Positions 1-9,726 of a stretch of 57,924 nt of DNA are shown here, piece after piece. The stretch is from positions 1 to 57,924 of the forward strand of contig JAHQWW010000011.1 in the NCBI GenBank assembly GCA_029856365.1, given 5' to 3'. A model generated the notes under the pieces. The model made no database searches and was not told the DNA's origin. It saw nothing but the letters and a program-made list of their open reading frames with translations. Source of the DNA: Candidatus Hodarchaeota archaeon. GTDB taxonomy: Archaea; Asgardarchaeota; Heimdallarchaeia; Hodarchaeales; Hodarchaeaceae. Position numbers and translations under genes: made by a program. The first letter of the stretch is position 1, and every line of letters begins with the position of its first letter.

Positions 1-231
1 ATTATTGTTTATTTTTCTCAATCTTAAAAAAATCGTTTCCATTCTTAGGATCGACATCTTTTAGAAAGCTACAAAAGATATGATTGGTATTAAAAAAACA
101 CTGTGTGAGAATCCGAAAATCTCTCCTAATGACTATCTAGGTATGTCTTTGTCTTAACATATCATTTTAGAAGAATTATATCACGAACTACACTGTAAAA
201 AACGACATATACTTCATAGAGGCATAAAATA

Positions 232-1074
232 ATGAATTTAAAGCATCAATGGCGAAAAAAATCTCGTGGTGTAACACCAGTCGTTGCTACAGTTCTCTTA
301 ATCGGTTTGGTTGCAGTAGCAGGCATTGCAGTCGCTTTGATGGTGTTTGGGACAATAAGTTCGCCCCCACCAATTAATGTGAGAATTCTTTCTATTTCTG
401 ATTTTAAGACGACTGACACCAATATCTTAATCGATCAGTTTTCTTTGACCCTTCATAATACAGAACGGACTAATCTCCGTGTAGAAGCTGATGCATTTGC
501 ATTGGAGTATAAGAATGGAACTCCAATACCTGGATGGAATATGTATCAATCTGAGATTTATCTATCTGCAAGAATGATAGAAGATTTCACCCTGGTTTGC
601 GACCCAACATATGGTATTGAATTACCTCCTGACCATGACTCAATCTATATCGAGGTCACCGTTTTTCCTAAGGATAGTACCAGTGAACGATCAGCAAGAA
701 CATTTCGTTCGAATTTAATGCTAATTGGGAGTACATATGGCCCAATAGACTTGGAATACCAAGCATCAACATTGAATTTAGTAGATGCTGGATTGACAAT
801 AAATTTTACAACAACTAACAATGGGAGTGCAGATCAAAGTTTCTTACTTGATCTTTATACTAATTCCCCTGAAAACATTACATTTAGAATCGATGGTATA
901 AATCGTTCTGCAGCCTCTTTTTCAGTATTTGGCTTTAATAAGACAACATTAAGCTTAACTGTATTCCCGACGGATCGTGTTACATCTGGTGATTCGTACA
1001 TTGTGATAGCTTTCCTCTCGAGAAAATCCGATTTGAATCTAGTTGCATTCGTGAGTTTTATCTTGACCTACTAG
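232..1074 (+). CDS. Archaeal type IV pilin/archaellin-like protein with class III signal peptide
   Basis: N-terminus KKSRG|VTPVVATVLLIGLVAVAGIAV fits the PibD/FlaK cleavage pattern (basic residues, Gly, hydrophobic helix). The remainder is beta-rich with several N-x-S/T sequons. Confidence 0.8.
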   Translation: MNLKHQWRKKSRGVTPVVATVLLIGLVAVAGIAVALMVFGTISSPPPINVRILSISDFKTTDTNILIDQFSLTLHNTERTNLRVEADAFALEYKNGTPIPGWNMYQSEIYLSARMIEDFTLVCDPTYGIELPPDHDSIYIEVTVFPKDSTSERSARTFRSNLMLIGSTYGPIDLEYQASTLNLVDAGLTINFTTTNNGSADQSFLLDLYTNSPENITFRIDGINRSAASFSVFGFNKTTLSLTVFPTDRVTSGDSYIVIAFLSRKSDLNLVAFVSFILTY

Positions 1075-1122
1075 GATTTTTACATCTTTCCCAGTAGTTT
1101 CCTTCCGATAAAATCTTACAAA

Positions 1123-1149
1123 TTGCTAAATTAGCATTTAATTTAGCAA
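1123..1149. terminator. Perfect 11-bp hairpin between convergent genes, putative bidirectional terminator
   Basis: TTGCTAAATTA-gcatt-TAATTTAGCAA lies between the stop codons of 232..1074(+) and 1231..3327(-). Confidence 0.5.
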
Positions 1150-1230
1150 ATGATTAGAGGAGACATAGTAAATCCTAGGACAACTTCAAGTATTATTTGC
1201 TGTGTATTATTATTTTCTCTCTAGATTACT

Positions 1231-3327
1231 CTAATTTTTCAGTTCTTCCTCCAAAATCGCATCAATTTCTTCTATTAAGTTATCATTATGAGATGTATTA
1301 GCTGTTCGTAATTTTTGAGCTAATTTAAGTAAATTGTTTTTTGACTTAGTGGATATCTTGAAAGGATTCAGAACTAACGTTTTCATCATCTCTCTTGGTT
1401 CTAATTTCAATGTATCGCCCCCATAGCATCTACCAACATTTCGTAAAGAGAGCGTCGTGGTATTTGAATTTAAAATCACCCAAAAAAGCGTTAAAATTTC
1501 TTCTGACAATTTTTTATTTGATTTAGGATAAATCATAAGAAATGTATTCAAGGGTCTAACCTGTGCTTCGTTCAGGATGAATCTTGGGTTACCACGGCTT
1601 AAATATGTATATAAAAAGAAAGGAACGTCTCTTTTCTCAGATTTGTACCAAAATCTTCTCATCTTGACTAAGCTACCTTTATGAACATCTTGTTTTAATC
1701 CAAACTCAAGGTAATTCAGTAGATTTTGGTCTTGAATGTTTTTTATTTCTTGTTGGATGTTAAGTAGCCAAACCTTTCTATTTTCATTCTGTAAAAGTTT
1801 AAAATCCTCTTCTAAAAAGATATATTTTTGAACGTAGCGTGTTTTAGTTAAAGTTGGAACAACATACTCAGGTTTAATCTTATGGTTTGCCAGTTCTTCA
1901 TTATTAAATGTGAAAAAATCGTTATTCCCTGTAGCAATGCCTCGCATAACTTTAAAAAACGATGATAATTCAACAAGCTTGTCTTTCTTTACATGATTTG
2001 AGAAAGCTTCAGTTCTAGTCCAATTCCGTTCAGGGTCAAGTTCTGTCTGTTTTTTGCTATATAATTTTCCATCTGACCATTCAAAGGCCTCATTACTTTC
2101 AATTTTGAGATAATTCAAAATTTTCTCTTTTGTGGTCCATTTCTTCAGTATTAGAAGTTTGGTCACATCAGTTTCTTGCGGTTTTTTCCCTTCAACTGTG
2201 AAAATACACCCAGCAGTATCAACACCAGGGAATACATTTATCGAATGATGAAACACAATGATATAGGGAATTTTATATCTATCTTTCAAGATTTCCTTCA
2301 GATAATTGCTGTTTCTTGACTCAAAAATTATTGTTGGAGTAATAAACACCATTCGACCATTTTTAATGAGTAGTTTCAAAGATTTGAGGATAAAATATAT
2401 GAATAAACTGGATATCCTATTGAATTTACCTCCAAAGCAGTGTTCAATCTCATTTCCAATCTCCTCCTTGATTTTTGGAGAAATCATATGATGTCGAGAA
2501 TATGGAGGATTACAAACAATGCAATCAAATCCATTTATTTTTGACTGTAAATACGAATCAAGGCCCTTTTTTGAAGTCAAGGCTGAAAAATCATGGATAC
2601 TATAATTGAAACTATTTACAGGTTTTGTGAGAAAATCTCCTTGGATTATTTCCGTTTCATACTGTGAATTATACAAATTAACTTTACATATTTCATATAA
2701 TAAGGGATGAAGCTCTACTCCAGTCAGGTTTCCCCGAAATTCGCATGAAATCTTCTGAAGAGCATAAACAAAGGTTCCTGGCCCAATACATGGATCGAGA
2801 ATGTTACGTGGATTGTTTTCTAGTGATAATTCAACCATAAATTCTGCTATATGATCCGGAGTCCAAAATTGACCTAATTTACGTCTATATTTTTGATCTA
2901 ACACCTCTAAATATAATGATGACATCATTTCTGCTGATTGGTTTACAAAGTTATCATTAAATTGGAGTAAAGAGGCTGAAACAATTAAAGAACTTTGATT
3001 AGCAATGATATCCAGAATGGAGGAGATAAATATCTGAGGGTAAGTTTGTTTGAGAAGATCGGAGGTTGTCCGATAAGTGGCATAGATTGTCTTACTATTC
3101 AGCGGTCCCTTGCCATAAAAAACGATAAATCTAAGACGATTGAGAATGAGTAAAGCAGCAAGGTGTCTAAAGATATCTAACGATTCTAAGGGGATCTCGG
3201 TCAATTTAGAGAAAGATGATAATCGTTCCAAATCATGGTTACTTAGTTTTTCAATAAAATTAATTGGAATAGAATTAATAATGAACTGAAATGTCTTTTT
3301 TAACATTGATGGTAATTTATCAGCCAT
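1231..3327 (-). CDS. N6-adenine DNA methyltransferase (gamma class, Eco57I/TaqI-like), apparently orphan
   Basis: Motif X GQFWTP, motif I ILDPCIGPGTF, motif IV CNPPY, and C-terminal TRD-type segments RGIATGNNDFF and YGGDTLKLEP. Start placed at ATG 3327 (AAGGA upstream); the track start is TTG 3351. Confidence 0.88.
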   Translation of the reverse strand: MADKLPSMLKKTFQFIINSIPINFIEKLSNHDLERLSSFSKLTEIPLESLDIFRHLAALLILNRLRFIVFYGKGPLNSKTIYATYRTTSDLLKQTYPQIFISSILDIIANQSSLIVSASLLQFNDNFVNQSAEMMSSLYLEVLDQKYRRKLGQFWTPDHIAEFMVELSLENNPRNILDPCIGPGTFVYALQKISCEFRGNLTGVELHPLLYEICKVNLYNSQYETEIIQGDFLTKPVNSFNYSIHDFSALTSKKGLDSYLQSKINGFDCIVCNPPYSRHHMISPKIKEEIGNEIEHCFGGKFNRISSLFIYFILKSLKLLIKNGRMVFITPTIIFESRNSNYLKEILKDRYKIPYIIVFHHSINVFPGVDTAGCIFTVEGKKPQETDVTKLLILKKWTTKEKILNYLKIESNEAFEWSDGKLYSKKQTELDPERNWTRTEAFSNHVKKDKLVELSSFFKVMRGIATGNNDFFTFNNEELANHKIKPEYVVPTLTKTRYVQKYIFLEEDFKLLQNENRKVWLLNIQQEIKNIQDQNLLNYLEFGLKQDVHKGSLVKMRRFWYKSEKRDVPFFLYTYLSRGNPRFILNEAQVRPLNTFLMIYPKSNKKLSEEILTLFWVILNSNTTTLSLRNVGRCYGGDTLKLEPREMMKTLVLNPFKISTKSKNNLLKLAQKLRTANTSHNDNLIEEIDAILEEELKN

Positions 3328-3347
3328 TGTTTCCTTATTCCAATTCC

Positions 3348-3809
3348 TCAAACAATATATGGTATTTTTACTGGTTCCATTCCCAATAAACGAAAATAGA
3401 CAAGTATCTGTCCTCTGTGTTGTATACTATGCTCTAACATCTCCAATAGAACTTCCATCTTGGAAGCTGGACGATTAAAATTCTCTAGTACATCATTAAG
3501 AGAGGTCAATGATATTTCATTGAGGGAGCTCTTTGTTTTATATACCACATCTTCATATAAGCTCTTTATTTCTAGAGCTGAACCATAGACGGTTAAATCA
3601 TACGGTAATGGCTCCCAATGATCTGTGCTTAACCCTCGTGAGTAATATTCAAACGAGCGGATCATATGAAGCACTATTTCCACTAAAGGACGGCCTGATT
3701 GAACAGGTTCCTCTAATAGGATCTGATCCGATAGTTGATCGATAAGTAATTTGGTTTCCTCAAAATGTCGTTCAATCGCAGATTTTAGAAATCCGTAAAC
3801 ATCATTCAT
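3348..3809 (-). CDS. DinB/YfiT family protein
   Basis: Helical 153 aa with an early His (EIVLHM) and the C-terminal signature EHSIQHRGQILVYFRLLG. Confidence 0.85.
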   Translation of the reverse strand: MNDVYGFLKSAIERHFEETKLLIDQLSDQILLEEPVQSGRPLVEIVLHMIRSFEYYSRGLSTDHWEPLPYDLTVYGSALEIKSLYEDVVYKTKSSLNEISLTSLNDVLENFNRPASKMEVLLEMLEHSIQHRGQILVYFRLLGMEPVKIPYIV

Positions 3810-3841
3810 GTTTCCATCTCGTTATCGTTTCCTCGATCTGG

Positions 3842-4615
3842 TTACTCTGTAAATAATGATTTCGCTACATCTACCATTCTGGTGAATTTTGCGTTTTTCG
3901 TCTTCATATAAGAGATCAGACGATCTAAAACGTTAATTCGATATGCATGGCCAATACAGGCAGGATGAAAGGTGTAATTTATTATCCGATGATTAGGTGG
4001 TATGTCTTCCATTTCAAGAAAATTATCAAATTGGCTTTTCCAAATGTCAAGAGCAACTTTAGGTGAATGTTGATGGCTCTCAAAAATGACCCAATCATCT
4101 AGAAACCACTCTACTGGGAATTCAATCATTTTACTTCTTGATTCGGGAAAACTAAGAATATAAGGGTGATCATCGGCCATTAAACTGGAATCATAGATAT
4201 ATCCAGCCTCTGTAAGCAATTTTAAGGTATTTGATGAAAGCTTAAAGTAGGGAGCTCTAAATCCATAAATTTTTTCTGTGAACTCTCCTAGAATTCTCGT
4301 TGTATTGTCAATAATAGCTTTCTCTTCATAGATTGAGAGAGTATCAAAATTCTCGTGGAGATATCCATGAGCAGCGATTTCATGTTGGTTTGCAATAATT
4401 TCTTTTGTTAATTCGGTGTATTTCTCCGCCACCCAACCACATAGAAAAAAAGTTGCTTTAATTTCGTGTTTGTTGAGCAAAGAAAGAATTCTTGGGATTC
4501 CTCTACGGATTGCAAACAATCCTTTTGAAATTCTTCCTGGTTCTTCAAGTTGTCTAACTTGGACACTATCAGCATCAAAATCAAAAGTTATACAAACTGT
4601 GATTTCATTATTCAA
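3842..4615 (-). CDS. Polysaccharide deacetylase (CE4, PgdA/PuuE-like)
   Basis: CE4 motifs TFDFD, HGYLH, GFRAPY, YDSS and FHP. TTG start with GAGGA upstream. Confidence 0.88.
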   Translation of the reverse strand: MNNEITVCITFDFDADSVQVRQLEEPGRISKGLFAIRRGIPRILSLLNKHEIKATFFLCGWVAEKYTELTKEIIANQHEIAAHGYLHENFDTLSIYEEKAIIDNTTRILGEFTEKIYGFRAPYFKLSSNTLKLLTEAGYIYDSSLMADDHPYILSFPESRSKMIEFPVEWFLDDWVIFESHQHSPKVALDIWKSQFDNFLEMEDIPPNHRIINYTFHPACIGHAYRINVLDRLISYMKTKNAKFTRMVDVAKSLFTE

Positions 4616-4643
4616 CTTTAAATCCTCTTAAATCTAGTAAAAA

Positions 4644-5576
4644 CTATTTTTTTCGCAAAATTGGCAGTGTCATACAATGTGGCCCTCCACCGCCTCGTGA
4701 TAACTCTCCTCCTTGGATGGGTAAGACCTCAACACTTCGTTCACGTAACTCGTCTATAATGCGTTCATTCCACTCGTAAATGAGGCATTTTCTGTGATTA
4801 AGACAGACAACATTAGCTCCAAACAAGTATAACTCATTATCAGAAATAGGAATTCCCTCTGCAGCATCAAAATTCTCTCTGATGAAATCCATCAATGGTA
4901 AAAATTCTATTGGTTCATCTTTACATATTACCCTTACGGGAAAGGTTTCTACAGAATCAGGATGATATAGAAAGAGATCTTTATCAATAAACATTAAACC
5001 TCCGTCTAAATGGACTCGCCATGAAGGTAATGGAACAATTACTATTTTATCAATGAGGTTTTTTTCCAATGCGACTTTTGTTATTTGAGAGACTCCTTCC
5101 TCATTAGTACGAAATCCATTGGAACCAATAAATAAGGTCTGTTCATCTGGATACACTAAATCACCCCCTTCCAACAAACCTGGCGCTTCAATGGAACCTA
5201 ACAAAGTTATTCCAAGTTTTTTTAACGATCGTGCTACAAGAATTGGTTCTGGTTTTCTTACTTGATGAGCCATACGCATCTGGATAAAACCTGCACTGGT
5301 AATTGTACCTGTATCACGAGTATAGACCATGTTTGGGTCAATAATTGAAAAGTCTTGCTCCCCTAGGAGGTCGTTAAGTAGAATCACGGTCACGTTTTCT
5401 TGTCGTAAAAGCTCACAGAAAGTATCGTGCTCTTCTTGGAATCGTCGCCAGTAAACCACGTCACGAAAAGTCAGTTCTTGATAAGAGTCTTTTGTAACTT
5501 GAGTGATTTCAATACCAGGACGAAACATTAGAACTTTTCGTAAAGGATGGTATTCACAAGTTGCACCAAATTCCAA
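4644..5576 (-). CDS. Arginine deiminase/dimethylargininase (amidinotransferase superfamily)
   Basis: YTRD, LEGGD, HLD and the C-terminal catalytic Cys motif GGGGPHCMTLP. Confidence 0.88.
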   Translation of the reverse strand: MEFGATCEYHPLRKVLMFRPGIEITQVTKDSYQELTFRDVVYWRRFQEEHDTFCELLRQENVTVILLNDLLGEQDFSIIDPNMVYTRDTGTITSAGFIQMRMAHQVRKPEPILVARSLKKLGITLLGSIEAPGLLEGGDLVYPDEQTLFIGSNGFRTNEEGVSQITKVALEKNLIDKIVIVPLPSWRVHLDGGLMFIDKDLFLYHPDSVETFPVRVICKDEPIEFLPLMDFIRENFDAAEGIPISDNELYLFGANVVCLNHRKCLIYEWNERIIDELRERSVEVLPIQGGELSRGGGGPHCMTLPILRKK

Positions 5577-5655
5577 CGTATCACCACATTCTGTACACGT
5601 TTAACGATGCAGAAACACAATGCCCTAAATAGTTCTTCGTAACTTCAAAAAATTT

Positions 5656-6000
5656 TTAGGCTATTCTGAGACCATTAGGCACTTTTATGTCAGGTTGAAG
5701 TAGAACAACTTCCCCTTCCTTTTTCATTATAACTCCCAAGATCAAGACTTCAGACATGAAATCTGCAATTTGCTTCGGAGGGAAGTTAACAACAGCAATA
5801 ACTTGGCGATTGATGAGATCTTCTTTTTTATACAATGTTGTGATTTGAGCGGATGATTTTTTCATTCCTAGAGATCCAAAATCAATTATTAGTTTGTAAG
5901 ATGGTTTCTTCGCAACTGGGAAGTCATTTACTTCAACAATTGTACCAATACGCATATCAACTTTCTCAAAATCATTCCAACTGATCAAAATGTTATCCAC
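5656..6000 (-). CDS. csaA: CsaA/Trbp111-like tRNA-binding OB-fold protein
   Basis: DFEKVDMRIGTI, KKSSAQIT and VVNFPPKQIADFMSEVLILG. The true start may be TTG 5988. Confidence 0.88.
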   Translation of the reverse strand: MDNILISWNDFEKVDMRIGTIVEVNDFPVAKKPSYKLIIDFGSLGMKKSSAQITTLYKKEDLINRQVIAVVNFPPKQIADFMSEVLILGVIMKKEGEVVLLQPDIKVPNGLRIA

Positions 6001-6055
6001 CTAGCTAAATCTTTATTTAAAAATATAATTATAAAGTATACTCAATCACTACTTC

Positions 6056-6952
6056 TCATTTCACCATTTTTCCATTATTATTATTTTCAGTTTGATTTGC
6101 AACTATACCTAGGATTGTATTTGTCAATTTTAATCCAATCATAAGTGTTTTATTATCGACATCTTTTTCTGGGTTATAAGCAGTAAGAGCTGCAGCCTTT
6201 ATCTGAAGATTTTCACTAATTAGCTTAATAGCTTCTTCCATTTCACTTAGAAAAAGTCCTTCAGGGGCGGGAAAGTCCACACCTGGAGCTTCCGAAGGAT
6301 CAATCACATCTATATCAATGTGGAGATATACCTCCTGAGTTTGAGAGTAGAGCTCTGTCAGCTTCGGTAAAAGACCATTAACAATTCCGGTTTTTTTTAA
6401 GGTGTTAGCATTAACCATAAGTACTTCGGTACTTTCAAGAAGCTCAAGTTCTTCGGGATCCAAGTCCCGTGCTCCTATGTGAAGTGTCTGAGATTCTTTT
6501 ATCGGCCGCATGTTTTCAATTATCGAATAGATATCTTGATAACACTGACCTGTTGCAATGGCTAACCCCATACCGTCAAAAAATCCGCTGGGAGTTGTTT
6601 TGGGAGTATTAAAATCACCATGAGCGTCAAACCAGATTATACCTGGCTTAGGTTCATCAAATCCAGCAAGAATACCTAGACAGGTATTACAGTTTCCTCC
6701 TAAAATGAATGGGAAAAAACCATCCCTTAATACCCTTTTTACAACTTTTCCCAAAGAATTATTTAAAACGGCAATGGTTCTCACTTCATCCTTATATTGT
6801 TTTAGAAGTTTGATTTTCTTAACCATCACTTCATAACCTTGATCTTTCAAATTCTGGTCGATCCCTGCTTCTATATAGCGGATTGGTCCCATTCCCATGC
6901 CAATTTTTTCTTTGCTTAAGTGAAATGGAACTAGAATGAGAGCGATCTTCAA
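6056..6952 (-). CDS. Arginase/ureohydrolase family protein
   Basis: WFDAHGDFNTP and HIDIDVIDP Mn-binding motifs. GGNC replaces the canonical GGDH. Confidence 0.88.
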   Translation of the reverse strand: MKIALILVPFHLSKEKIGMGMGPIRYIEAGIDQNLKDQGYEVMVKKIKLLKQYKDEVRTIAVLNNSLGKVVKRVLRDGFFPFILGGNCNTCLGILAGFDEPKPGIIWFDAHGDFNTPKTTPSGFFDGMGLAIATGQCYQDIYSIIENMRPIKESQTLHIGARDLDPEELELLESTEVLMVNANTLKKTGIVNGLLPKLTELYSQTQEVYLHIDIDVIDPSEAPGVDFPAPEGLFLSEMEEAIKLISENLQIKAAALTAYNPEKDVDNKTLMIGLKLTNTILGIVANQTENNNNGKMVK

Positions 6953-6994
6953 AACTCAGTGGCCTCCTATCTTTGTTCAGTTGTGATCTATATC

Positions 6995-8080
6995 TTATGG
7001 TTTTATAATGGCCTTCATAACTCGGAGATGCTCAACATCGTCTAAAGCCTTTGCAGCTTCGTCTAATGAGTACTCATGACTGATGATATTTTTAAAAGGG
7101 TAAGTAGTTGAATACCGTTTAATTAAATCAACTGCCAAATAAAAGTGGCTTAAATCACTGCCCCAAGATCCTTTTATTGTCAAATGTTTCTTATTAATAT
7201 CCAAATGTGGGTTGATCTTCACATCCCCTGCATTTGTATATTGACCAACTATAGTATATGTTCCCCCATCCCTAGTCATTTCCAACCCTTCCTTAACTGC
7301 AGTAGGTACTCCTGTAGCTTCAATAGTTACATCAGCTCCACGATTGTGTGTATGTTCTAATACTTGCTTAACTCTTGTTTGAGGATCAACATTCATAATG
7401 TTAATTGTCGTGTCAATTCCAAAATAATTAGCAATCTTCAAACGATGATCAGGACCACCAACCATGATAACATGAAATGCCCCACTCAATTTCGCTAATA
7501 ATGCTGCCATTAAACCAACAGGTCCCGATCCTTGTATAGCAACTGTATCACCTAGTTTGATTTTAGAACGCTGGATCGCGTGAATTGCAGTGGGTAACCC
7601 ACATCCAGCGGCCATAAATGTTTTCATAAAAGCGTTATATGGAAGCTTAATAATCTTGACACTAGGTTTCAAATAAATATACTCAGACCATCCACCAAGG
7701 AGTCCTTCTTTTGCTGAATATGTAATTCCATATACCTTTCTTTTAGGACAACGTGTACTCATCTTTGCCACAAGACAGTACCAGCAATTATTGCAGGTTT
7801 CATGTACATCCAGAAATGTGATTGGATCCCCCTCTTGAAGACAGACTCCGTCAATATCATAAACCTCACCATTTAACTTATCAATAGTTCCAGTAGAAAC
7901 ATGCCCTGGAATAATTGGATAAGGAACCCCATCTAAATGACCTTTCTGAAGATGTACATCTGTTCCACACACTTCAGAATAAGCAGTTTTTACTAATGCA
8001 GCTCCTGGTTCCAAAATCGGGTAAGGTTGTTCCTGTAATTCAATTGTACCGTCCTTTTTCATTATGACAGTTTTAACCAT
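6995..8080 (-). CDS. Zinc-dependent alcohol dehydrogenase (MDR family)
   Basis: CGTD, PGHV (variant of GHE), structural Zn C-x2-C-x2-C-x7-C, and Rossmann GSGPVG. Confidence 0.9.
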   Translation of the reverse strand: MVKTVIMKKDGTIELQEQPYPILEPGAALVKTAYSEVCGTDVHLQKGHLDGVPYPIIPGHVSTGTIDKLNGEVYDIDGVCLQEGDPITFLDVHETCNNCWYCLVAKMSTRCPKRKVYGITYSAKEGLLGGWSEYIYLKPSVKIIKLPYNAFMKTFMAAGCGLPTAIHAIQRSKIKLGDTVAIQGSGPVGLMAALLAKLSGAFHVIMVGGPDHRLKIANYFGIDTTINIMNVDPQTRVKQVLEHTHNRGADVTIEATGVPTAVKEGLEMTRDGGTYTIVGQYTNAGDVKINPHLDINKKHLTIKGSWGSDLSHFYLAVDLIKRYSTTYPFKNIISHEYSLDEAAKALDDVEHLRVMKAIIKP

Positions 8081-8162
8081 TAATTCAACACCAGAAAATG
8101 TTGTTCACTACAAAACCTTTTAAACATATTCTCAATTCCTATTGTTACTTTTCATGTTCAGA

Positions 8163-9629
8163 TTAAGGACTGGATATAGATTTTTCTAATTTTATATTAG
8201 AACTTCTTAAGTAGGAAATTACAGCACCTAATAATGCAAATAAGGAAAAAAGTAAGTAAGTCTGCCCTAAACTTATGTAATAGCTTGAGATAAACGTCAT
8301 TCCTGATGTGATGTTGTTTGGATTGTTTATCAGAAAAAATAAACCGAAAAATGATGAACTAATTGTCGTCCCTAAAGCAAATCCAACGTTTCGGGACAGT
8401 CCAATGAGGCCAGTAACCACACTGACATCACCTTTAGGGGCTACATTCATCACAGAAGTTCCATTTGAAACAGTAAACGTAGTTAAAGATCCTGCCGAGA
8501 ATGCAACTAATGGTACAAGAATAAAAATAATTTCACGCGAATTAGGGAATATACTAAACAAAATAGCTAGAGAAAATACAAAAAAACTCAACAATGTTGC
8601 GCCAAATGCGGTTGACCGCTTTGCATCAATTCTTTCAGCAAAAAAACCCGCAAATGGTCCCATGACCGCCATTGCGAGAGGAGGTACGACCATTAGAATC
8701 CCTGTTTGATCTGGTTCAAATAATAAAACCTCTTGATAGTAGAATGGAATGAGAAAGACAACACTATAATAAACCATATAACAAAGAAAAGAAGAAATAA
8801 CGCCAGTTAGAATCGTTCTATCCCGCATTATATCAACAGAAATCATTGGTGTCGGATGATTGCTTTCTATACATATAAAAATAAGTCCACTAATCAAAGC
8901 AATCGCTATGAGAATTCCCCCAATGAGTTCCCCTTTAAATAAGGTTAAAATTCCTTGAACTAGAGAAAGCGTAGTGATTATAAAAACAACCATTCCTCCA
9001 TAATCAAGTTTATACCTTTTTTCTGGGGTTTCTGGAATGAAATATTGAACAAGCAAAATCCCAAGTAATCCAACTGGTATATTAATCAGAAAAATACTCG
9101 GCCACCCTACATATGTCGTTAAAATCCCTCCAATAGCTGGTCCTGTGGAAAGAGCAGATGCAACAACTAACGAATTGATTCCAATCGCCCGACCCCTTAT
9201 CGATGGTTCAACATATGTAATTACTAATGCTAAACCATTTGCCAATAGTCCTGCTGCTCCAATTGCCTGAAGGGCTCGAGAAATAACGAGAACCTCTAAA
9301 GTAGGAGAGAAAGCACATACGAGAGATCCCAATGTGAAAAATAGCATTCCAAGTTGGAAGATCTTTTTTCTGCCATAATTGTCGCCTAATGACCCCCCAA
9401 TTCCAATTAAAGAAGATATAACAAGAAGATAAATGATCACCACCCATCTAACTCCTTCCATTCCAGTATTTAACGCGTTTGCAATGGTAACTAGCGAAAC
9501 ATTGACGATACTACCATCCATAGCCGACATAAATGTTCCAATTGCAGTAATTGGGAGAATCATTCTTAATGGGATTATGATGGGCTTTGATGGAGGAGTA
9601 TTAGAGCCTCTACTAGTGACATTAACCAT
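8163..9629 (-). CDS. MFS transporter, DHA2 (EmrB/QacA-like, about 14 TM)
   Basis: MDGSIVNVSL, motif A GSLGDNYGRKK, GPAIGG, and GWPSIFLINIPVG. Confidence 0.9.
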   Translation of the reverse strand: MVNVTSRGSNTPPSKPIIIPLRMILPITAIGTFMSAMDGSIVNVSLVTIANALNTGMEGVRWVVIIYLLVISSLIGIGGSLGDNYGRKKIFQLGMLFFTLGSLVCAFSPTLEVLVISRALQAIGAAGLLANGLALVITYVEPSIRGRAIGINSLVVASALSTGPAIGGILTTYVGWPSIFLINIPVGLLGILLVQYFIPETPEKRYKLDYGGMVVFIITTLSLVQGILTLFKGELIGGILIAIALISGLIFICIESNHPTPMISVDIMRDRTILTGVISSFLCYMVYYSVVFLIPFYYQEVLLFEPDQTGILMVVPPLAMAVMGPFAGFFAERIDAKRSTAFGATLLSFFVFSLAILFSIFPNSREIIFILVPLVAFSAGSLTTFTVSNGTSVMNVAPKGDVSVVTGLIGLSRNVGFALGTTISSSFFGLFFLINNPNNITSGMTFISSYYISLGQTYLLFSLFALLGAVISYLRSSNIKLEKSISSP

Positions 9630-9726
9630 ACTATCATGAATCTCCTTACAAATGGTGGTGGAATTGAATAAATAGTTTGTATCAATTAAATTCTTTGTCG
9701 TAATTTAATCTGGAATCAATGCCTTG

